From NCBI GenBank assembly GCA_028023455.1, contig JAQFVV010000004.1:19964001-20028000 (forward strand): DNA of 64,000 bases. The letters run 5' to 3'. The stretch comes from Epiperipatus broadwayi. Lineage: Eukaryota; Animalia; Onychophora. Shown in pieces: positions 41,223-53,590 of the stretch (position 1 is its first letter; each line of letters begins with the position of its first letter). The notes under the pieces are model-generated. The model was not told where the DNA came from, made no database searches, and saw only the letters and a list, made by a program, of their open reading frames with translations. The position numbers were made by a program, and so were the translations under genes.

Positions 41223-42420
41223 TCATATATTTATTTACTAAACAGTGAAGAAGCCCATTCTTAATAAATATAATAAATTATATACTTGGTACATAATTGA
41301 TTTTAATTATTTTATTAGGATGGATTAATTTGAAATATTAACATAATTCAGTTAAATATTATTATGTTATTAATATAATTAAATGATTTTATTGAGAAAA
41401 TGTTACTTTCGACTTTTATTATTCACATACGTAGGATAGTAATAAGATTTATATGAAGGTTATATTTTTTGATATGTGCAGCTTCATATATTTTACAGAT
41501 TTACATTTAAAATAATGTAATAATTATGCATATTACCAATATATGTAATCACTAGAGGAGGCATTTTTAAAAGATATTGTGGTAATTATGATTATATTAG
41601 TTGTGTGTATATTATATTTTATATTCATTAGTAATAATCTGGAACATTTAGGATTAGGGCAAAAAATAGATATTACTTAAATTTTGGTACTTTAACAGGT
41701 CCCAAAGTTCAGTCACCAAAAATAATCAAGAAGTTACTTTGAGGTATTATTCAATAAATTTTGTATATACTCAAAAGATAAGAAGTGTGAAATCTGAAGT
41801 AGCAGACAAGAAAGAATGGAGATAGAAAAAATCTCATTTTACATGCATTATTCATAAATTTAGACACAATGCAAAATATTGCATATATTGTAGAAAATGG
41901 CTAAAAAATTAATAGGAGCTCCAAAATTTCAATTATATCATATTAAAGTGTCAATTTTCATTAATGTGTACTAAAAGTGACTAGATATCATAATCATGAT
42001 GAACATCCAGATTACTTTATAAGCCAACTACTTGCATCCTGTCTTTTTTTTTTAAAAAAAAAAACTTGTCAACTTTAATTTTGAAAATCAAATATTTTTT
42101 GTAAAAAACAAAAGCACAAAATTGCTTATCTTTGATAAAAACATCTATTTTAAAAAAAAAAATACCGTAATTTTTAAATATCATTACTGCAGTTATTACT
42201 AAATTTTTCACCCTAGGCTTTTACAGTGCCAGCTCTGAACATAGACAATTACAAATGATGATATCTGGCTGAGAATCAGCATATTACTAGTAGTCAGTGG
42301 TTTAATCAACCTTATTGCCACATCATTATCTAGAAAAAAATGTGAATTTATCACTGAACATAAAATAACACAATTACTATAACCCTGAAGCTCAACTATA
42401 GACTAAGTTTAGTAACTCCT

Positions 42421-42600
42421 TGCTATCATATATATATAATGCTTATAACACTTCTTTCATATATACTTCAATGCAAACAAATTTTCTTAAAAACTTCTTT
42501 ATTTTCTTTACAGTTTCGACTGTCCAGCAGTCTTCATCAGAGCTTGTTTGCATTGAAGTGTATATGAAAGAAGTGTTATAAGCAATATATATATATGATT
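42421..42600 (-). mobile_element. Small fold-back element containing a hammerhead motif
   Basis: About 55-bp inverted arms (42427-42480 and 42544-42598) enclose CTGATGA A GACTG CTGGA CAGTC GAAA CTG TA on the minus strand. Confidence 0.8.
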
Positions 42601-43467
42601 ATAAGAAGATATGCAAAGAAAGTGAAAGAGAAGAATAAGAGAATATACTTCTGATAAGAAGAGAACTCCTTGCTATTAAAGGCATATTATGATCATTGTT
42701 ATCTAAATGCTTTCTGTAGAAATTTATGATTCCACAACTGTTGACAAAATGCCTGCTGATATCTTACCTTAAACATTGCTTCCAATCATTGGAAAACATT
42801 ATTGCATTTTAAAACATATAGTATATAAACCTATGTTTAACCTCTATTAGAATCTTCTAGGCATTTGAATTTTTATGTGTGCCATAATAATACTGAACAC
42901 TGTTTAATTGCTCTAATGTCAATTGCAAAGCCAGTTCGTCTTATATCAGTTGTAGCTCTTATGATTAAATGCTAACTTTAATGTTCTGCACAACTAATTA
43001 TTAACAAGCTAATTTTCATGTTAGTTATCATTTTTAAGTGCAGCAACTATTATGTCAAACAGTATAGTATGCAATAGAATAAGATATTTAAAGAACAGCA
43101 ACCAAATCAAAGCATAATAATTATATAATTGACTATCTTTTTCCAAATAATTCTCTATTTTGGTATTTTATATGTTGAGCAAATTAGTCATATTAGATAG
43201 AGTAACTTGAAATTAAAGATGCAAATCAAAATATGACTGATTAAATTGTTGCCTATGGTTGTATATCATGTTATATCTTGTATTATGATTTCAAAAGCTA
43301 AAAAAACTACTTGTAAAACTTAAGGTGTTTTTACAATTTTTATGAGTTTTGAAAAAATAAACAAAAAAAAAATAATTATATATAAATATTGAGTATTCTG
43401 TAATTTAGAAAAATATACTAAAGGTATATAAAAATAATTTAAAAAAAAAATCTCAATAAGGAAATTA

Positions 43468-43653
<186 letters not shown>

Positions 43654-44564
43654 TTAATAAACAATTGTAAATCAAATTTAAATAATTGAAGAAATGATGA
43701 TTGGGTTCAAGCTATATTCGAAAACAGTAAAACATCATTCCCACATCAAGTGATAAATCATGCTTATTAATGATCACTATACAACATTTAAAGAATTAGT
43801 TTATATATATATTCTTAGGTTTTGAGAAAGAAGAAACTCTAAAGGAAAGTACTTGTTATTATACCGAAATATCAGAAACTATATGAAAGTTCCCGGAAAT
43901 AATCCTATGAATTCATTATTTTTCTATGAGAATATAAGAATTAATATATATATATACACATACAATTTGATTTACAAGTGTCAAACCTTCTTTACACACA
44001 AGTTTGAAACTAACAATTTTAAATAAATACATTAATGATCATTAATCATTTATAAGACTAGAGCTTATCATATTAAGTTTAATAGATCTGTTTTTATTTT
44101 AAGTGAATATAATGAAGAAAAATGTGAGATTAGAGAATAGTAGCAAAAATATTTACTAATTTAAGTAGATTATACAGTGTTACATATTTTTATTCTTTCT
44201 TTTTTTTAAAAAAAAACAACCACCATAAAATGACATTATTAATTAGGAGACAGCAGTATATGTGAATGTGTATGCACGTTTGTTCTCATATTAATTAGAT
44301 ATTTATTTCATTCGTAGTCTGTATTGCTAATTTATTATTGATGAACTTACTATGTATTACATTTCTCTTTTTTCTTTTGGTTTAATATTATTTGTCAATT
44401 TCATTAATGACTTTGTTGTTAGTATTCATAGGTTTCTGGACTTGTAAAAAAAAGTTGATACTATGAATTATACATTGTTTATTCAACCATGCAATTAGTC
44501 TGATTATGCAATTCAGGTCATTTGTTTTAATATTGAGATCAAGAGTATCACATGTTAAAACATT

Positions 44565-44930
44565 AAAACATCACATGATCACTTTTTCTTATACTTACAT
44601 CTACTGTTAAAACAGTAGCAACTTTTTTACACACAGTTGCGCCATCTAGGGTAAGCTCTCATAATCAAAATGATGCTAGAAGATTGTGCACCATAATCTC
44701 TGTCCAGTGCCTTCCTATTCAATATCCTTGGACTACTTTCTAGGTTATAACTTTCATCAGTAAGAAGCCTTAGATCTGGGAACAGTGCACCTGAATTTTA
44801 TAGTCTGAGGGTATTGGAAAGGCACTGAATAGGGAATTATGATGCCCAATCTTCTAGCATCTGTTGATTACTAGAGCTTGCACTAGATGACACTATTGTG
44901 TGAAAAAAATTGCTACTGTTTTAACAGATG
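44565..44930 (-). mobile_element. Diverged family A relative (AAAACAGTAGCAA subfamily)
   Basis: Reverse-complement tail aaacatcacatgatcac, inverted arms, and a degenerate hammerhead CTGATGA AAGTTATAACCTA GAAA GTAG TC at 44726-44765 (-). Confidence 0.75.
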
Positions 44931-45574
44931 GTATATGAGAATGACATCTCATATAGTTTGTTCCAATAGTGTGTAAAAAGATCCATACTCATATATCAAA
45001 TACACTTCTTTCAAAAGTTGTGCTATAACTTAGTGGATATTGAAGAAAAACGCCATCTCACATGTTGGATTTAATTAAGTGGTGATTGATCCATACAAGT
45101 CTGATCGATTCTATTACAACATATATATACACTCAGACAATAATAGTACTTTAAATTGTTACAAATTTAAAAAAAAATCCATATAAGAAAATATTGTATC
45201 AGGCCATGAATTGTCAATGGTAGATGTGATAAAATGATAGTTCAAGAAATGACAGAGACATAAAAAATATTTTTCTATGACACTGATTCAGGAATCACAG
45301 AAAGCAGATGGTGGATGTAAAAAAGTGATAACTGTATAAACGATAGATCAAGAGTTCAGCATGAAAGAGAAATTGACATCAAAATTAAGTAAGCATTGCA
45401 TTTACACATACTTATGATATAAATCAACATATTAATACAAATAGAGATTGATTAAGAATTTTAAAAATTCATTTAAAAAAATCATAAATCACAATGAATT
45501 TACATTTTGAAGCAAGTGTGTGGCATTAAATGCTAACTACTAAGATGAATGTGGAATTTTATAATATATATATA

Positions 45575-45800
45575 AATCAAAACACATTAGAATAACTCTA
45601 CAAAATTAAAAATGCCTACATGAAATTAAAAAAATAATTTCTTTGCTATAGCCAGCTTACAACATCTTCTGCCATCTTGAATAGCTATTGGTTGACTTTA
45701 ACGAGATTTAAATATTAACATTGTATTGCTACTCAAGATGGCAGAAGATGCTGTAAGCTGGCATTTTTAATTTTGTAGAGTTATCATAGTGTATTTTGGT
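45575..45800. repeat. Fold-back repeat
   Basis: ataactctacaaaattaaaaatgcc pairs with ggcatttttaattttgtagagttat, and ccagcttacaacatcttctgccatcttga pairs with tcaagatggcagaagatgctgtaagctgg. Confidence 0.75.
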
Positions 45801-46531
45801 TTATTATATTTGTATTATTTGATATTATATATATGAACCTTAAAGTGGAATCTGAGTGATTGACTTGAGAATGATTGATGGATTTAAACTACAAAGTAGA
45901 TATAGTATTTATTTATTATAATCATTTTAGAGGATTTTGATGCATTGAAAGTAACACATAAGCCAAAAAATATTATAATCATATTAAATTAGTGGATAAC
46001 ACTCTTTTATTTAATATTGAAGATATTATCAACAAATTGAAGAGAATATATATACATATTAAACAATTACAGGAGTTCTGATTATAGCTTTTAAAAATGT
46101 ATTTTATAGATTCTTTTCATTTGAAAACAGATACTTTGCTTAGTGAAGTTTGAAATCTTAAAAAATAAAAAGGTTGCAGGTCTTGATAGATCACCATATT
46201 TAAATTTCATTAAGTTTTCCATAAGTACCTGCATCTTTTTCATTTATACGATTTTAAAAAGTTGTTTTAACTTTATCAAGCAAGATATCTCCAAATAACA
46301 ATGAATCTATAAGATGAATATATTTATAAAAGTATTTAATCATAACTCTTATATAATTATTTAAAACACAAGAAAAATATTCCATTCAGTTGTTCATAAT
46401 ATCAACAATATTATATAAAAAATATTATTTATTGATTATATGATTATAATATTATTAGACCTCTATGCTACTTTCAATGCATCTAAAGAAAATCTAAAGC
46501 GATCCTAATAAATAAAGATTATATATACTTT

Positions 46532-47130
46532 TTAGATTACAATAGTCAAATATGTTTAAAAATACATATATACAAGCAACAAAGATTACAAATTATAAAA
46601 TTATTATCTAAAAGCCTTTTTTGGCAAATTGTTTTTTTTTTGTCCTTTTCAATATGTCTCCACGATTTAAAGCACATACAGCGACATCTATATCAATACA
46701 TGAGAGAAGATAGATAAACAAATGGATATTTGACATGATCTATTATGTGATTTCCCCCCCCCTCAATTCTACTACAAAATTACTCTGTTATATATATTGA
46801 ATGGATATATATCCACATATATTAATTAATTAACTATCCATTCTTTATCCATTAACCACTTATTATTTAACTTAATGGATGTTTTGTATATATTCATACA
46901 GTTGTTTTTATTATACATGATGTAGTTTGTTTCATATATTTTACGTCTATTAACATTTTTAATATAATCAAGAACACTTATATTATCAATACAATTTATT
47001 TTATGTCCATACTGCAAATAATGAACATATAACGCAGATCTATCATCTTTCCTAGCAATAGCATCATTGTGTTCTTTAGCTCTTTCTCCCAATTGCTTTG
47101 ACGTCTGGCCATAGTAAATCATATTACAAA
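46532..47130 (-). mobile_element. Penelope-like GIY-YIG endonuclease fragment with 3' flank
   Basis: ORF 46826-47167 from residue ~14: CNMIYYGQTSKQLGERAKEHNDAIARKDDRSALYVHYLQYGHKI...VL...RRKIYETNYI...MN...SIKLNNKW, the PLE GIY-YIG pattern. Confidence 0.85.
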
Positions 47131-47799
47131 AATTAAATCCATCAGTCATTCTCAAATCAATCATCAACTTTTATTTTAAAAATTTTCTTATTTTTTAAAA
47201 GTAAAATTCTTATTTCAGTACTTAACATTTAATTAAGTCACAATACAATTATTGCAGACAACCAATGAAGACTGAATCCAAGAACAAACTCCTATCAAAC
47301 ATGAAGTTCTGTCAGTATATTTAGAAAGAGTCTTGTTTTTTAATGCAACTACCATTTTGACCTTTGAATGTTCTAATCTATGATCTGCTAATATGCAACT
47401 TAAATCACTCATGAGACATGAATGTTATTTAAAGTCACATTACACTTGACTCCTAAATAATCCAATAAATGCTATTTTGGTTGATACAAGTTTCTTTATA
47501 ATGATTTTTTTATCTAAATAAAATAGTCATGAAGTAATTCATGTGATGTCAAAATCAGACCATTTAAGTTCACAGAGCCAATTTTATTATTTTACATACC
47601 TTGGGGTATAATTTATTAGTCCCAACAATACTTGCATTAAATTATCTAATAAAAACCAGACTTTTATAGCATTATCTGACAATAAATGAAATCTATTGAG
47701 TTTTTTTTTGAATTTAACATTGAAGCATAAACATGAATTGAATAAGGACAGTTATTATTTTGCTAACTAATTTGTTTTATTGAAATACATTTAGAAATT

Positions 47800-48800
47800 T
47801 CAAGAATAGAAAATACCAAATTAGATCTCACAATAAATATTAAAAGCTATAGGGAATCTTATGATTGTAAACAAGCTAAGAAAGTAAGATAATTTATTGT
47901 TAGAGGAAAAAGAATGATAGAATCAAAAGTTTTTTTTAATATTTGCAGCAGTAAACATAGTTAAATATGTATTGTTTTAGGATTGTTAATCAAAAACAGT
48001 TTTATAAATATCACTCAGGTGATAGACTGTCTATTAAAAAGGCTATCTTGATCTCTAGAAGTGACCACTTATCATTGCATTAACCCATGCAAAGCAAACA
48101 GTGTAAATGGTTTATTGCTTAGGCTTTTACAAAATGTTTGGACAACAAAAATTACAAAGTGAAACCATAATCCTTAGATCATGAACTCAGGAGTTTGCTA
48201 TTTTATCACTGCTCTAACCCATACAAAACAATATTTTCAGTGATTTTACTAAATTTATTGCTTCCAGTTATAGATAAATGGTTTCCAGAAATTCAAAGTG
48301 ATTTTAGAAAAACAAGAAATACTATAGACATATGCTTTGTTACCAGAATATGAGAAAACAGTGTCAACTATCTTGACCTAATCAAGGTGACTGACTCAGT
48401 TAATTATAGTTTATGGCAATATTTGAAATTTATTAAAATTTATCCATATATACATTTTACAATGATGGAATGAGAATTATTATTGCTGCTATTGAAAAAT
48501 CTGAGGCATATAAGATGAAAACTGGTTTTAAGCAAAAATATATACCAGCTCCAAGTTTGTTCTTTATTTTTATGATGGTATTTTTGAAATTGCTCATAAA
48601 GAGCTTCAGAAAACAGATATCAAGATAAAGTATAAGTTTGATTGTAGAATTTTTAATTTAAATTGATCAAAAGCAAAAACTTTATTCTTTTGACTTCTGA
48701 ATTTATAGTAGCTGTTTACTATGCTATTCTTAAACATTTAAAAGATGATCTAGTTTCAAAAATAACTTTATTAATGAAAAATAATTGATTATCTAAGAAT
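47800..48800 (+). mobile_element. Decayed LINE reverse transcriptase fragment (RTE-like)
   Basis: PEIQSDFRKTRNTID (~48285), LDLIKVTDSVNYSLW (~48371), TGFKQKYIPAPSLF (~48520) are degenerate versions of QxGFR, DLxKAFDSV and GVKQGCxLAPxLF. Confidence 0.7.
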
Positions 48801-48989
48801 ATGTGAATACATTGTCTTTCTTAGTAAGAAGTTCTAACATCCTAATTGAGAATCTGTGATGGATCTAAAGTTTAATCCCCTGGAGAATCTCTAATGGAAA
48901 TGCTAGTATCAAATTTTGTGTGTGATTGTTTATGTCTTAGGTGATTTTTGGTATTTGAAAGAGATTACATGTCTCATTATAAAGGAATT

Positions 48990-49330
48990 TTGAAGACAGG
49001 ATAAGGTCTTTACTTTTTAACTTATTAAGGTGATCGATAAATATGACATCCTGATACTCCAGATTGTATGAACTAAAAACAATGAAAGTCTAATGAAAGG
49101 AAATTGTCTACTTTGTAAGGAGTCTTTCAATGATAGAATTTTGTAAAAGTCAATGCTCGAACTTTGCGATATTAGTAATCTAATGCCTACCAGCCAAGGG
49201 CATGATTTAATAATATGGTCAAAAGTATCCTCTTGAGTCTTGCAGAGCGGGCATATTGGATCAATATTATTTAGATATCTCTTGAAGTGTAAAAAGTGAT
49301 TAGTATGCATGGCATTTTGATTTACCTTAA
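48990..49330 (-). mobile_element. Non-LTR retrotransposon 3' fragment with CCHC zinc knuckle (L1/Tx1-like zf-RVT)
   Basis: ORF 49017-49310 contains DPICPLCKTQEDTFDHIIKSCP...IWSIR, the C-x2-C...H-x4-C pattern typical of LINE ORF2 C-termini. Confidence 0.65.
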
Positions 49331-51759
49331 TTAAGAAAGTAAGAAATTTGGATTCTATAAAAGATGATCTATAGAATGTTTAAATGCAATCTTTCATTGT
49401 AAATCTTGCTTTGTCATTAATCACTTAATATAACTTTAATAAATGACCTTTAAGCCCACTTAAAATATTTTTATTTTATTTTGAATCTGCAATTAGGTTT
49501 TAAATGACCTGTTTTTCCACAACAATAGCAAATACAAAGATTCTTTGTTAACTTTTTGCTTATCACTCATTTATACTCATTTCTGAAGAATCACTCTCAC
49601 ATTTCTGAAAGTTTTCCTATGGTCTACCATGTTTCATAAGCTAATGATCATTTAATAGTGATCTTGTACATTAATTCCTTTTTTCTTAGCTATATTTCTA
49701 TAACTTTTACATTTCTTATTCCCCATAGTAATTGATTCACCAACATTTCATTGATAAAATTCTTAAATTTGAAATTCTTTGCTAACATTTGTAGGACCAA
49801 ATCAAATTCATGTCTGTTTTCATTTTGTGACTGTATCCTCCCTTGAAAACAATGACACTGTAAATTTTGATGTTATGGTATATTTAGTTTCATCAGCAAT
49901 TCATCATAGAATATTTCTTCAGGCATCTTAGGATCATATAAATAGTTTGCCACATTCAAGACATCTTTATTGCACATCCATAACAGCATTGTTACCTTAA
50001 GTTTAACATCTGTTATTCCATTCATAACCATGTACTTTTCAACATGTACTTTTCAATATGATTTATATATATATTTGCCATTGACTTGGATTTTGTATAT
50101 ATTGTTCTGCATTTTCAATTCATTACACTACTAAATTTAATATCATGTTTTATAAGTTAGATAGTTGATCTGTGTCAAATAATATTTCCAGGCTCAAATA
50201 ATATCCAGGCTCTATGGGTAAAATCCTCTGTCAACTATGCCAAATAATATATCCAGGGCCATGCAGTTGGTTGGCAGCTGGATAATTATATTATTTAAAT
50301 AAGAAAACAACAAAACTTAGATAAAATTTCAAGAATTTATTTACTCTGAATAATAATAGTGATATTAGTATAATATTAGTAATTCAACTTGCTATTTGCT
50401 AGTTGAGAGTAAGATCAATCAGACCTCTCTTAAGTTCATATCTCCCTAAAGATTAACATCTATAAAATCTCTTTAACTCACTAGCTATATAACTCTATAT
50501 TTCTGTAAGCATCTTACTGCTCACACACATTAATTCAGATTCTTGACTAGAGAATTTCCAAAACAATTTCACTTTACTAGTTTATCTTTCCTTCTTCTTC
50601 TCTGGTACTTAATTCTTCTACAGATTTTTTATTCAACTTTTCTAATTTGCATAAAGTAACTTTTCTTTATATACAAATTAGTCTGTTGCATTCTCCAGTA
50701 ATTAGTTTCTTTTTCTGCATAATCGATTATTTAATTTATTTCTGAAGTCTTCTAGCATATCTACATTAAATGCCTGTACACACACATTTTTATTCTTAAT
50801 AAAATATATATGTGTTTACACAGCAGAAAGGCAAACATATTAATGCAGTAAAGCAGACCTCACTAACACTAACACCCCATTTCATTTTATCAATATTAGC
50901 CATATTAGATTCTTCTAATATCAAGATTCTATCCAAATGTGACATTAGTTAAAAGAAAAATCAGAGAACCACCAGAATTCTTAAGACAATAAACTGTATC
51001 AATAAATGTGATGGTATTATTTAAATTATCCCCATTTAAGAAAATGTCGTATAGACCGTTAAATAAAACAATTATTAATTTTATATCAAATTATTCATTT
51101 TTATCATTTCCTTTCACATTATATAAGGTTTTTTGATTGGACAGATGTTTAAGTTTGTTCTATATGTAGTTTGTAGTTCCCCAATAATGTTTATTAAAAT
51201 AATATTCATTACCGAAATGAAGATGAAATATCAGCTGAAACAACAACATACAAGTATTGTTAATTACACATGAATAAACCCAGAAAATATGTTTTATATT
51301 ATTTACCCATAAAAGTTAAATGTCTTTAAAAAAATCCAAACTTAATTTATAATTTTCTTAATACATTCAATTAATAAAAATAGTCTGATGTATAACTATA
51401 AGTAAAACGTTACCACTACAGACTTTCAGATAAACAATATGTGTCTACTATATTAATATTTTGAAAAATAATCACCAGTCCACCAAGTTAAAAAAACCAA
51501 AACAATACCAAGGTATTAAACCAATTAATTGATTTTAATTATGATAAATATATGAATATAAATTAATATTAAAATAAATAAATAATAAATTCAAAAGAGA
51601 TTTAAAAAATTTTAAAAAAAGCTAAAAATTATTTAATCATAATAATGTATATACAGTATTATATATTTTATGACATTGAAAGAAAGATAAACCATCTGCT
51701 CAGTGACATAAGACTGTAATGTCTCATGCACCAATGATATCACATCAGTAGATTTTTTT

Positions 51760-52010
51760 TCTCTCCATTAATAATGGTACATAGTGCAAACTTGAAAATC
51801 AAGAGATGCTAGAAGGTTGGGCCTCGTAATCCCTATACAGTATCTCAGACTAGTTTCAGCTTATGGCTTTCATAAGTGAAGATAATCTGGGAACATATCT
51901 ATTGATTTCTAAAGTTTTCACAAGGTGGCACTATTGTGAAGAAAAAATGTTGCTATAGTTTTAACAATTTGCATAAACATAAGGAAAAGGTGATTATGTA
52001 ATATTTTAAT
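51760..52010 (+). mobile_element. Diverged family A relative
   Basis: Inverted segment with CTTCA CTTATGA A AGC CATAA GCT GAAA CTAG TC TGAGA at 51843-51881 (-), then a direct arm and a decayed tail. Confidence 0.65.
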
Positions 52011-52768
52011 GATTTGATTACATTATGTTTTTTGTCATTATAGTCAGAACAATGTAATACCCTACCAATTCACACAGAATTCTACTCATTTATTGATTAA
52101 GCTGATTGTCTACGAATCAGTATGTCTGAAAGAAAACTTCTAAAGCTGCTGATTTCTGAATAAAATTTCCAAAAAAACTCCAGGTGCTAAAAGGATCTTA
52201 AATGTAATATTAGAACTTATAAACAAACCTATTAGTATTATATTTGCTCTTTTCTATATCAGAGCATGTAAAAAAAATCCAAAACAATCTATTATTATTA
52301 CATACAATAATTATTAATTAAAGTAACAAATACTAATAGAATCAGTGATTAGTTTAATTAATATTAAAACAATTTTAAGTATAATAAAAAATGTAAATAA
52401 TAAAAATTGTATGGTTTACAAATATTTACATGTATATAAATTATAAATAATGTAATAAAATGTAAATAATTTTATTTTAATTTAAAATTTTAATTATATA
52501 ATAAACAACACAAAAATAAAAATATATTTAAGACAGTTTAAACAAATTCTCAAAGTGAAAAATTAAAAAGGAAAAACCATTTAAATAACTAGGAAGTAAA
52601 GAATATAATGTATATATTAATTTAAAAATAAAAATTATATTCAATATTGAAATTTGTAAAAACAGTTAAAAATAATTGCTGTATATACTTTTTTTAAAAA
52701 AATCTCCATAGTAAAAAAAAATGCATTTAAAAAAAGAAAGAGAATTGTAATACATTATAAATTCATTA

Positions 52769-53590
52769 AACCAGACAAAACTCTCCATACAGTATTGTCA
52801 CTGAGTGCAAACCAGAGTAGTCAATGGATTCCAGAAGGCTTGTGCATAAAATCCCCAGACTAGTTTCTGGCTTGTGGCGTTCGTCAGTGACGAGTCTTGG
52901 ATCTGAAAGTACTGCTCCTAGATCTTAGGATCTAATGCAACCCTCCACCAGCCACCTTTTATCTCTACCTAACTACAAAACTATGAGTCTTAAATTAAAA
53001 ACACAGTAATATTTTCAATCCAAGCTCATTAGCTTATATAGTCATATATTTCTGAACTCAATTCAGTACCTATACAATTTGGTGTCTTTGGTTCTTTAAT
53101 AACCATAGCCACCACTATCCTATTAGGCAGGATCATGTGATGTTTATTAACTTAAAACTAATCCTGCCTAATAGGATAGTGGTGGGTATGGTTATTAAAG
53201 AACCAAAAACACAAAATGTATAGGTACTGAACTGAGTTCAGACCTATATGACTATATAAGCTAATGAGCTTGGATTGAAAATATTACTGTGTTTTCAATT
53301 TAAGATTCATAGTTTTATAGTTAAGTAGAGATAAAAAGTGGCTGCTGCAGGGTTGCATTAGATCCTAAGATCTAGGTGCAGTGCTCTCAGATAGAAAGCT
53401 CCTCACTGATGAAGGCTACAAGCCAGAAACTAGTCTGGGGATATTGGATGAGTAGGAACTAGATGGGGATTTTATGCACAAGCCTTTTGGCATCCATTGA
53501 TTATTCTGGCTTGCACTCAGTGGCAATACTGTATGGAGAGTTTTGCCTGTTTTAATAACAGTTATAAGCAAGCATAAGAAATGGTGATAG
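52769..53590. mobile_element. Head-to-head inverted dimer of near-full-length family A units
   Basis: 52769-53134 is the reverse complement of about 53160-53552. Hammerhead motifs at 52853-52892 (-) and 53401-53440 (+). Tail follows the right unit. Confidence 0.88.

Noticed and set aside
41635-42014. Possible MITE bounded by taatctgga / tccagatta
   Set aside because: Only 9 bp of inverted match and no convincing second copy in the window.
45730-45762. Hammerhead-like CTCAAGA T GGCA GAAGA TGCT G in the 45575 fold-back
   Set aside because: G5 is C and AAA is missing in both arms, so the core is not supported. Kept only as a fold-back repeat.
47599-47675. Apparent minus-strand exon (TTGTCAG...CCAAG|GTATGT) with phase matching the 43600 acceptor
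   Set aside because: It translates to NAIKVWFLLDNLMQVLLGLINYTP and lacks the required ...H-R of the catalytic loop or any kinase motif. Probably chance, though RNA-seq could test it.
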